DNA of 64,000 bases from Paraspadella gotoi. Taxonomy: Eukaryota > Animalia > Chaetognatha. Positions 40,060 through 52,200 of this stretch are shown here, piece after piece. Every line of letters starts with the position of its first letter. Positions within the stretch are counted from its first letter, which is position 1. Under the pieces are notes generated by a model. That model was not told the origin of the DNA. It saw only the letters and a program-made list of their open reading frames with translations, and searched no databases. The stretch covers positions 17,496,278-17,560,277 of the forward strand of contig CM119264.1 in the NCBI GenBank assembly GCA_051294375.1, written 5' to 3'. The translations under genes were made by a program, and so were the position numbers.

Positions 40060-43000
40060 TCTGGAAGTCTCCGGGTGAAAATTGAAAGAAATGGGGGAAG
40101 AGCGGAAATCTGGCCCCGGCGCCAATTCGGTTCCCTACATCCAATAAGGGAAGATTTGATGGGTCATAATGAGGGGAGGGAGGAGGAAGGAGGGAGAGGA
40201 GGAAAGGCTGATGGAATAGAAAATAGTTGAGAAGGGGAGACTGGAAATAAAGGATTCGAGAATAGTTGGTGTTGGCAGAAAAACAAGAACAATGGACTGA
40301 ATATCTGAAGGGGAAATACAAGAAAAATATATTTTAAAAAAATTAAAAAGTTTTGTATTAGACTATCGGTCAAAAATTGGCTCGTAATGGAGAAGGAAAA
40401 AAAATAAAAGCGAAAACCAAGGAAGCAGAGAACCGCATAGGCAATTAGGCATACTATTTAGTCTAGAATTGAGAAATCGTCAAGATATCATTCTTACTCC
40501 GTCGTTTAACTTTAACATGTAAAAAAAACCTAAGTATACTGTGCATGTATAAATATTTAAAAACCAGAAGTTCGATCGGATTAAACCTCCTTCCTTCTTT
40601 CCCTTTCTCACCCCGACCGACATTCCCGTCACAGGGATCAAAACTTGTTTAAGGAGCGATTATTTTGTTTCTCCCTTTTTCGGTTGATTTATGCAAAAAC
40701 AGCCATAATTCGCGAAAGAAGTGACTTTAACATCCTTCTTTTCGCGCGGAGGGAGGGAGGGTTCTTTACGAGATCGCGGCGCTGCGTCGGCACGACGGGG
40801 CGGCGCGGCGGCGCGATCGGCAAACAACCGCGCCGGCGCCTTTCCATCTTCTACGATAACCAAACAAAGTCGCCGCTTTGAAGAAGGAAAAAAAGGGGGG
40901 CGTGTTGGGGGGGGAGCGGAAAGTAGGAGGAAACGGAAACGGAGAAAAAAAAAAAGAAAAGGAAAACAACGTCTCGCTTTGAGTTTAAATGCGTCGAGGA
41001 TTTTTAACGAGTAAAGCATTTATAAGCGTCTTCAACCAAGAGGCAAATAAGAAAGTTTGAATCAGTCAGTTCAGGATAGAATCAACTTGAGCAAAGTCAA
41101 CAAACATTAATTATCGACTTAAATAGAATTAGGAATTCGCGATCAATTGGAACGGATAAGATCTAATAAGATTCTCAACCATTATTACCTATATTAATAC
41201 ACACTACTAATACACACTAATAACACAGCAAAAAATTCGAAAAAGCATAAATCATTTGAACAAATTGTGTTAACCGTAAAAGTGAATGACATTTAAAAAA
41301 AATAGCAAAACAAAACAATAGGATATCACTCGACGCAATATAGAAGGGTCACCACACCCGTCCAGACCCGTCGACACCCGTTAGATTTAAATTTTTTTTC
41401 GTCATCGAAAAAATCGCGGAATTCCGATATTTGTCAACGCAGTCGTCAAGCCATATGTGGCGCAGGTGGCGATATTTGGAGGGCAGCCTTCTGCGAGATT
41501 GAAGTGCTTTTTTTTTCCAACTCAATGCCATTTACAACGGTAACAAACATCTATAATAAAGTACTGTAGTTTATAATTAACGACTAATGTAATAATTGGA
41601 CGAGTTACAAATTAAAACAAAGCATATTTCTAAAGTGGGTAAATAAACAACCAAAAACTCTGCTGCTACTTCGTACGGCAGCTTAAAAATAACATCAGTC
41701 CTGGGTTATATTCAGTGAGTTTCGTTCGAGGATCACGTGAGATGAGAGGTGATACGAGATCACAGGTGCGACGCGGAGCAAAAAAAAATTCACGGCCGGC
41801 GAGGAGAACGTGAAAAGGTAACGTGAAAGGTTCCAACGAAGGACGGCTTTTTCTTGACCACCGTTCTGCCCTCTAAAAAATATGTGAAAAAAAGTGATTG
41901 TTTTGATATTGATTTGAGAGTTTTCCGTGAGCGGCGAGATGTGATAAATAATAGAATTTTTGGATCAATAGTAATGGTATTTGAATCGAGGGAGAATAGG
42001 AAAATCGTTACGTGGGACAAAAGATTGTCGGTGATACAAGCGACTCGAATGCAAAGACGAAAAATTAAGTGGACCAGTGATGGAATTTTGTTTCATGAGC
42101 TGAAACTCTCGCTTTAGCGGAAGACGAAGATGAAGACGACGACGATACTTTAATATCGGGTGGCAGGAATTTTATGCCGGAGCCAACATCGATGATTTTA
42201 TCACTATGAAAATGGAACTTTATTATGTCGCGGGCTTCTCTTGGAGAAAGACGGAGCGCAGGCGTCACTCCAATCTAAAAGGGTCGTAGAATGTATCCCT
42301 CCACGTAGACTTCCGGGCACTGATGCTGCAAGTCGCTCTTGATCAGCAGCACGTTTAATTAAAAGTATCCTAGCAGCGAACGACGTTTTTCAAAAATTTG
42401 CATCTCCCTTTCTTTCTCAATTCTCAGCCTTTGTGTCCCTTTTGTTGTCCGTTTAAACAACTCAAACAATATTTTTCTGGGAATGTTTACGTGAAAACAT
42501 TTAGATAGTTAAAGGCTGCGTCGATGATAAAAACGTCAAAGGCAGTGATTTTGATCGAGGAATTCAGAAAAAAAACCACCAGAAGAGAGATATTTGTACA
42601 CTACCGAAACTCGTTTTTTTAATCCTCATTTTACTTACGTGTTCTCGAAGCAGAAAGATAAAAAGCATACTTAAGCGTTGACGTCGTGAATTAGAAAAAA
42701 CCACCGCCGCGTTTCTTCGTAATCGTTGTACAAGGGGACAGCATGCAGAAAAAATATTAAGTTATCTGGCCTCCAATCCGACAGCTTTTTGCGCAAAAGA
42801 AGTTCCGCAAAAATCTCTCGGAGTTTTTTTTAAATCATGGCTTGGCAAAATACCCCAAACTTTGAAATACAAATCATACGCGCCCTACGCGCGGAAAGAT
42901 TAATTAATTAAATTAAGAGAGAAGCAGTTTAATTTTTTGTTTCAGAATCAAGCGAACTTTCTACTTTTTGAAACGGACATGTTTTCGACTCTCTTTCGAG

Positions 43001-46000
43001 TCTTCTTCGCGCAGTGTGTAATTTTTATCAAGAAATTTTGTGTCAAACACAATGATCGAAGAGCAGGAGAAAGAGACCGAGAGAGAGGACGAGAGAGAGA
43101 GGCGAAAGAGTAGAGAGAGAGAGAGAGAGGNNNNNNNNNNNNNNNNNNNNNNNNNACCACTTTTTCGCAATATTGCCTCTAGAATTTTACCTTTCAAAAT
43201 TGATTAATTTTGAACTCCCTAAGACAAAGTGTAGCTCGATTACGGATAATTGACATCATCTTTCTGCTGCATTTTCTAATCAAGAATAAATATCATTTTG
43301 CTACTTTTAAATAAAAAAAATTATGCCATTTTTGTCATTTTGCACTTTTGTCTTGAAGATTGAATGCCAAGATCATTGAAAATATTTTTACTCCGGTTTC
43401 GGGCCCCTCCTATCTTGATCTTTCTTACCTCTGAGTTGGTTCATTTTCAGTTGGCTCATTTATTGTTTACTATGAATTAATTTTTAAATTGACTGGTAAA
43501 AACGTTACATTTTTACGATTTATTACAATTGTGTTAAAAAAAATATACTTCAAAATGTTCACAATTCTAAGATAAATATTCCCTATGAACGGTGCTTCTC
43601 GGTACCCTAAAAAATTAAGGCAATATTAATTTACTTTTGCTGGCAAAAAAATTTTTAAGTCAACTTTTTATTTGTGAGGATTTGTAGAGGTGCGTTTTTA
43701 TTTGAACTAACGGTTTTTTAACTCATTTTATAGTCTTTACAGTGATAACATACTAAGGTTGACAAATTAAAAAAAACCGCCTTCTTTTATTGAAAGGGAG
43801 CGTCAGCAATTAATTTTCTCAATCGCAGCTTTTTGCGGAAAAAATTTCCGAAAATCTGTCGAATTTTTTAAATCTGCTTGGCAACAAACTTTGATAATAA
43901 TCTACGCTCTGAAGTTTTCGCTAATAAATTAGAGAGAAAAGTTTATTTTTGTTTACAAACAACGATTTTTATTTTTGAAACGGACATGTTTGATTCTTTT
44001 TTCGAGTCTTCTTCACCGTGTGGGAGAGAGAGAGAGAGAGAGAGCGTCCACCAAAGAATTGAGTATTGAAGTATTGAAGGTGAGGACAGCTGAAGGACAG
44101 AAGTTACTGACTATGTCGAAATAAAATAAAATTTAACGCTTATTATGGGGGCGTGAAGCATCAAAATACTTAACACAGAGAGAAAGAGAGAGTCAGAGCA
44201 AAAGTTTGAAAAAGAAAGAAATTAAGAAAAGAAATGAAAAACAAGAAAAAAGTTTCATAACATAGTGTGCCGATTTTTTGCCTAAGTAGTAGTATATCTA
44301 AATAACGCAACAGTTCTTACGAGCAATTTTATCTTTAAAAGTTGTTCTTACCATGAAAAATCGTTTTTAGTTTCTTCTTAATTAAGGCTGATACCGTAAT
44401 TGGAATGATTGACGTGAAAGAAATAATGTCTTACCGTATTTTGAAAGCATAGAAATTTACCCAGTGAGTTTTATGTTATAAGGAAAATAAAGAGTGTTTC
44501 ATATTTATTAGTGGGAAAAAAGAATTAATAGTTATTTAAGTTCCAATTTCATTATTGAAAATACCCAAAGCAAAATCACTGCCCAAAGATAAAAGTGGCT
44601 TTGAAAAAAACCAAAAGCTTTTTATCAATAATGTTCTAATTCCACATTATAAAAATTCAAGCCCTTGCCTTCAGAGCGTAATCAACTCATGTTTATCGCT
44701 TCAACGTCACTTTTTTCATTAATACCTTTCGCCTCGCGTGTTTCAAGCAAATATCGATTTTTTTTATTTTATTTTCTCGACTCAAGCCGATATACTGCGA
44801 TGGCGCTTAAGCTTCATTGGCACAAAAACTTCAGTGGAGTACAACGTCAGTGGCGTAGAACCAAAAAAACGTTTCTTAAGAATGAAATAGAGTCGTAGAG
44901 AAAGAAGGAGCTCAAAGTTATCACTAGATTCACGCGCACCGCCGATCACTTTGTCCAGAGACCTCACTCACGTTTTACGCCCAGTCGCCCACCCTCCCTC
45001 TCAAGATCTCTTCCCAACTCGACTCTTCACCTTCTCACTGTCAGTCAGGTGTCATTTGATTAATTTCTCACACTCGACGTTAAAAACTGTCGATCCTTAA
45101 GCCCTTAGCTCTCTCTCTCTCTCTNNNNNNNNNNNNNNNNNNNNNNNNNNNNNNNNNNNNNNNNNNNNNNNNNNNNNNNNNNNNNNNNNNNNNNNNNNNN
45201 NNNNNNNNNNNNNNNNNNNNNNNNNNNNNNNNNNNNNNNNNNNNNNNNNNNNNNNNNGTCAATTTTTGTCTTTTCCAAATTTTACTTCGTTTAATTTCTT
45301 CTTGATAAAGAAATTTCTAAATTTTGCACCAATTAGTTTTTTAAAACAGTTAAAAAAGTGAGTTAAAATAAATTATTTAGAATATTTTTTTAAATAGTTA
45401 TTAGGTTCCCACAAAAAGTCGAATGTATCGCTAGAAATAAATTCAATACATAAGCGTTGCTTTGACTCCGCAGGATTCTCCCCAAGCCTCTCGTTGCCCG
45501 TCACACCTGCACCGATTCACACCTTCTCTCACTTCATTGTGTCCNNNNNNNNNNAAATTTTACTTCGTTTCATTTCTTCTTGATAAAGAAATTTATAAAT
45601 TTTGCACCAATTAGTTTTTTAAAACAGTTAAAAAAGTGAGTTAAAATAAATTATTTGAATATTTTTTTAAATAGTTATTAGGTTCCCACAAAAAGTCGAA
45701 TGTATCGCTAGAAATAAATTCAATACATAAGCGTTGCATTGACTCCGCAGGATTCTCCCCAAGCCTCTCGTTGCTCGTCACACCTGCACCGATTCACACC
45801 TTCACTTCATTGTGTCCGGGTTTTTCAGACGTCGGGAAGAGAGAGAGATGGAGAGAGATAGAGTATTTAGTTTTTTCTCTCGCGTGAGCGCGCTTAGATC
45901 GCAACATAAATCTGTTCAGAGAAATGCCCAAGGCGGTAATGCTGCCGCCATCGGAGCATGTGTTCAAGAGAATTGTATGCGATTGGGTTTATTGTCTGTT

Positions 46001-47966
46001 GTATTGTGGATTCATTCTGGGACTACTAGCGATATAACTGGCCGAGGTTGTGGAGAAGAGTGTGTTATAATGCTATTCCATCGAAGGTGGCAACAGGAGA
46101 GAAGATTCCTGGTCAGTGGGAATGGTTTGACAAGCGCTTTTAATATCTGTCAGGTGCAGTAGGAATCCCGAAGAAACGAGATTCGTTGTCTGTGATATAG
46201 CGTGAGGGGATGATGTACTTGGTAATCCGTCCGGTAACTACCGGCAGAGAGGAAGTGGAAGACGTTTTATATACGATAGAAGCGACGTCTGAGAGCCGAA
46301 ATCGCGCCTGGATGCATGAGTGCCATGAACCGTGAAGAGACTGTTAGATGAGGATCACGTTTTCGCCAGTCGCCCACCTCCTCTCAAGATCTCTTCCGAA
46401 AAAGCGGGTACAGCTGTTCTATCACGCTTCTCCCTCAATCCTGAGAGATTCAAGCTCGGATGAGACGGCAGAGTTGTGTGAATTAGGGTTGTGAAAATGG
46501 CTATATTCCTCACAGCACCATGTTGGTTACGGTTAAAGAAGGACTAAAGTCAGTTAAGTTTGTGACCTCAGTTAAAGCCCTAGCTTCGTCGCATTGCAGC
46601 CCATTCTTCGAGCAGTGAACTACCATTCGTGATCGGGTCTTTCGATCAAGCAGAGGGAAAAAAAGATGTTTGCTCAATAGAATAAAACAGTTGTAAAAAA
46701 AATGTCGGATCCGGGGAACATAAAGGGGTAATAATTCCTCTCTCTCTCTCTCCTCTCTCCCTCTCTCACCTCTCCCCCTCTCTCCCTGCTCTCTTTTTTT
46801 TTTTCTCTTCTTCAGTAGGTCGAATTTTTAATATGATTCTAATAAAATCTTTTTTTTAAAAAAAAAAACGAACAAATGAACACGAATCCATGTGTTTTGG
46901 CGTCTCTTGTGTCATTCGCGTACATTTTGTCTTTTCCAATTTTACTTCGGTTTCAATTTCTTCTTGAATAAAGAAATTTATAAAATTTTGCACCAATTAG
47001 GTTTTTTTAAAAACAGTTAAAAATGAGTTAAAATAAATATTTGAATATTTTTTTAAAAATTGTTATTAAGGTTCCCAAAAAGCGAATGTATCTGCTAGAG
47101 AATAAATTCAATACAATAAGCGTTTGCATTGGACTCCGCAGGATTCTCCCAAGCCTCTCGTTGCTCGTCACACCGCACCGATTCACACTCTTCACTTCAT
47201 TGTGTCACGGTTTTTTTTCAGACAGTGGAAGAGTTGAAAAATGCGTCTTGGAAAGCGCATTTANNNNNNNNNNNNNNNNNNNNNNNNNTTTGAAAAAATG
47301 CGTCTTGGAAAGCGTCATTTAGGGGAAAGCGTCGCCTGGGTGGTTGAACGGTTGAGGAGCGGAGGGTCGACTGGTGTTTCACTCCGACGTTCCGCGGGTC
47401 GACGAAGTCGATGATGAGAGTGAGAGGAGAGCGAGTGGAAGCGGACAGAGTTGGTGGCGAAAAAAGCTAGAAGCTGTCTCTGCAAAAGCAGGCGAAGTTT
47501 CTTTTTTTTCTTTTAGACCAGTTTGGAAGTTGATTCTGTCAAGCCGTTCATTCCGTTCAGTTATGGACTTAAGTGCCAGTTCATAACGAGGAAAACCAAG
47601 ATCTCGCAGTCGCTAATGCAATTCCCTGCCTCAATAACAGAACTTGGACAAAATCAGGGGAAAAAACGAAGCCTGTGACTATATCACCTTTAAGTGGCTG
47701 AGAGAACTTTAAAAAAAGTAGGAAAGACGAGAGATTCGCGGCGTCCGAAGCATAAAAAACGAGAACTGGATTTGACAATTCGGAAAACGGACGGCGTTTC
47801 AGTTGCCGTTGGAGGCGAAGGTTCGCGGAGTGAATGTGTTCAAGGGGCGGGTGGGATGGGTGATGAGGAAGGAGGCATCGATTTAAGTCGCTGGAGATGT
47901 GATAGAGATAGAGAGAGAGATAGAGAGAGAGATAGACAGAGAGAAGAGAGAGAGAGAGAGAGAGAG

Positions 47967-47998
<32 letters not shown>

Positions 47999-49249
47999 TT
48001 TAGGGGTGATGGAGAGAAGGTGGAAAAAAGTTAATCTGGGTTTGACAGTTGACAAAAAGACCTGAACAAGGAGATTGGGAGAAGGTGTCAGGGTGAATGT
48101 TTTTACGGCAGAAAGCCACTGGAGCCATCAACCACGTCGTGGCGAAAAGTTGCTCGTGCCATGCTCATTTCTGCCGAAATCGGGGTGAAAAAGAGGAAAG
48201 TGTGTTTAGCCGTTTTTTAAATGCGCATCGGGAATTGAATATCGGAAAGCTCTGGAAAATTGGACCAGCAACCCCAAGCGGCGGCTGAGAACGCTCTCGC
48301 GCAGAGCCGCCCGAAAAAGATTTAACCGTTTTCCGTTAAGGCCAGGGATATCATCACTTCAACCTAAATATTTATTGTAGAAATCTTTAAATTTACTGTA
48401 TCTTAATTCATTTTTCTCATATCCTGTAAAGAGGTTTCTATTGAAAAATTATTCGATAAAATTAAAAGTCTACCTAAATGTTCTATAAAAATTTAAACAA
48501 AATTTTTCTTCGGTTTAAACTAGATTTTTCAATGAATACAAATATGTTTTTTCTATATGTAAGCTAATCTTCTACAACTAAATTTTTAAACTTAAACTGA
48601 TTCTTTCCACAGTAAGCTTAAGTTTACTTCTTATATTAATTCTTCCTTTGGTACAGTACATTACATGGGGGTTGTTTCACTAATTAAGTCTTTAAATAAA
48701 AACTATTTTTCACATTTTTCCAGACGGTTTTTTTATACTTTCAATGAGTTTTATGAGTTAAAAAACTTATCAATTTATTTCAATTTGACTTTTATACTTT
48801 ATGTAAATGTTTAAGAGTTAATGATACAGAATTAAACTTTCTTGACGATAGTGAAGTTAAAATACGAAGACCTCCCAGTCAAACCGATTGGACTCTTCTT
48901 GAAGAAAAAAATATTCTTGGGCAAGAAAGGAAAGGTGGGGGAGATTCTGCTGAGAGCGCGGTTTTTTGAAACAATAGATGTTTTTCGTTTCAAAGATATC
49001 AAGGAATTTTAATCCCAAACAATTGATTAATAATAATCAAATTTTATACTCGTATTATGTAGGCAAATTTTGAAATTATCTTTCATTAGTAATTTTGGAT
49101 TTTAGTTTGTGTAATCCTTAATATAAAGTATATGTCATTCCTAACACTTTTATTGTAGATAACCGCTTTTTTTTCTCTCTCCTCTCTTACCCGTTTGGGC
49201 CTCCTGCACTACTCCTTTAAAATAGGTTTACTTTTATTTATATCGCATT

Positions 49250-52200
49250 TTAAGTAATGCTAGACTAAACTGACGATTCTCTCTCACATGAATCCATACC
49301 TCTCGGTGACATTTATTCTATCATCTCTACATTATAACCAAGAGCATGACTGTGTGTCACTGACTGGCAGACCTAGCGTAATGCGGATCATCTTCACTGC
49401 TCGCATAGAGATATGGTCTACTGATTTCTCTTAAAATCAATCGAGGATTTTTTTAAAAGATCAAATTAATACTAAGAGCATATGGAGCTCGATTATACAC
49501 CAACGAGCAATGAAAAAAGCCCGTCTTACATTGTGATGATTAACCAGAGACAGAATAGAGATTCATCCAATCAGGCGAGTCCTCCCTAGGATAAGATTTC
49601 ATGCCGATCGCGGAGTCCGATTCAATTCTTAGGTTCTGATTGCCGATACAATTAAATAAGTTTTGATTTATAGGTACACCCCCTCTCAGACGACGACGTT
49701 ACTCTGGATACCTAGTGCGAATATGTCGACTCTGTGAGATATTTGAAACAAGATCCTGTCTCGTGCTGTTCCCATTGATGGTTGGTATTGTTCTGGCGCT
49801 GGTACTATCGTAAACGTCTACATTGTCGGTCGTCATTTTTAAGACAAGGGCGCAGTAGCAGCATGTCAGATATGCATGCTGACGACACTTATGAGGATAC
49901 GATGGCGAATTGCAAGACTCATGTTGCTCAGGCGTCAGTAGCCAAGTCCTTTGCATATCTCACAAAATTCTTCTCATCGTTGCATAAGGGTCCCTTTAGT
50001 ATTTCCCCTATGTGTTGTTTGAAGTCTGTTGTTACTTGTCTTGCGTAGTGTCTGGTGTTTCAGAAAATCTTTTTGATTGATGAAGGAATTTCTATCAGTT
50101 GTAGACACGCCGCATCATTTGTGTTGGGATGCCTGCCGTGACCTTTTTGAGTGCGTCGAGCTATTCACCAGTCCGCGTTTGTTAACTTGTTGTTGAGTTT
50201 GAACGCCTAGATGTGGCCGTCGGTGGGTGAGCAGCTGTTTGGGTCTGAGGAGCTCGACTACATTGATGGTTACCGGATGGGCGTGTCGATAAGCTTTCCT
50301 TTCCCGCCGAAAAGTAATCCGCAAGGTCATGCAGTTAACACCTTTTTGTTGCTTCTGGTGTGTGCTAAAGTTTGTTTCGCAAATGTGTGCCATGAACTCA
50401 GGAGTTCGCCATGCTGATCACAAGGCGACGACTGCCTCTTTTTACGAACGCTGTTGATGTTGGTATTTTTATGTGCGAAGTTTGCGCTGTGCTTGCTTCA
50501 GACACCTTTAAGTCGCAGATCTCCTTCTAGGCTGTGCGGAGAGATCCAAGGTTTGCTTGATTCGCCTGTGCTAGTGTTTGGCCTTCTTCTCTCTAGTGCA
50601 GACTCACAGTCAGCTTCGTTGCTCTCTCTTGTGCAGAAATGATCCTCGTATTTGGGTCGGTGAAGTAGAAATGTGGAGAGTTTTGTTATCTCCACAGCGA
50701 CGCTTTGCAACCTCGGGGAATTTTTTGTATTTCGTGCTCTCAGCAAGGAAGATAATGCTCAACGTGAATAAAACTCGTTGTTATCCCCCCTTTTTCGATC
50801 CGATTCACATCCATGGCGGCGCTCGCAGTCTCTCCATAGTTAGCTGTACGGTCATCGACCGGGCGAAGGACGGTTCCGGTCGCCATGAAGATGTTTCACT
50901 GAGGCTAGTGCTTATCCAGCAGACGGGAGGTTGGTTTCTCTGGCCGACAGCGTTCGCTGTCTTTGCACCGCAGAGTTTCACTCTTTGTTTCTCGTAGCGC
51001 GATACAATTTTCAAGAAGAGAACCGACTTCCTTGTTGCCTTTGTGTTAGGGATCGTAATTATTCCGTCTGTCTTTTTACTTACGCCCAGTGTAAGCTTGA
51101 CTGGGCCCGACATTGTTGGATCTTGCCTATATGCTTTTCATAGACCGCACCTTTGGAGATGCAGCTCTGGGCTTGCCTAATTTGTCAACTAGGCTCTGAT
51201 TCACTTGGTCTAAATTCATTTGTGTATATTCATTATATAACAATAGTTTGTATTAAAATCGTACAAAGGGTTAAATTGTATTCTCGGTGTTGTCAAATCA
51301 TTTTGCTTCATATATTTCCGGGTGCGTTACGTGTGTATGCCCTTCCTCTGGAGTCGTATACTACCCACGTTGATCATAAGATTTCACTTTCTTCCGGTGC
51401 AATACCCGTCGGCAAGTAAATTATTTTTGGCCTGTAACTTTTACGTCAACCAATGTAATTCTCCTAATACTCTCGAAAAATAGAGTGATAGCTTGGTTTT
51501 AGTGCCGCAGAGACGTTTGAGTGACACGTTTCAAGTTCTAAGAGGAGCTAGACCGTCGGATGAGTCCAGGATACGATTCGTGAATAATATCTGACCGGGT
51601 TATTTGTATGACTTTCAAGCAGCGATCTTTTCTCGTTATTGTGTAGGGCAGAATGATACCTCTTGATTCTTAATAAGTGAGCGAATAGGTAAGTCAGTAT
51701 CATTGTTTTCTAGCGATTTTTTTCTACCAATGCTACTGATGGACCACCATAAATCACACATACTCTACTACCTATCGATCGCCTCTATTCTCTGTCCCTA
51801 TAGGTTTAAGGTCTGAGATTCGAATTACCGCCTTTCCACTCGATATGGCGTCGTCCTGCCCTCTGATCCATAGGTATCGAAAAACCGTAAGTTCATCCAC
51901 GTTAGCACTTTTATCGGGCCATCTGGCTTTGTGACGTCACAGTTGTGTGGTCTAGGGAGTTGTGGTATGGTCGATGTTTTATGCAGTTAAAACGATGTGG
52001 ACATGCACGCCATTAGGCCTTAACGTTTCTCCCACCAGGATACGTCTTTCCAACCTATGGTCGGAGCGACCGAGATAGAACTACTTAGTGCAAGCAAGCT
52101 GAACAAGAGTTTCCATAGTTTTTGGACTCTTTATTGTATGAATCTTAAGTCTGAAAATAAAGAAGGACTCTATGGGTTTACTTTTGACGCTTATTATCTT

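Noticed and set aside
49790-49870. CYCALVLKMTTDNVDVYDS as a Ulp1-like protease fragment
   Set aside because: No catalytic His-Trp upstream or Q..N..DCG motif downstream could be read, and the sequence is too noisy.
51100-51420. Several in-frame TGA codons suggesting recoding or an alternative genetic code
   Set aside because: Better explained by the high indel and substitution noise in this block; TAA stops occur in the same frame.
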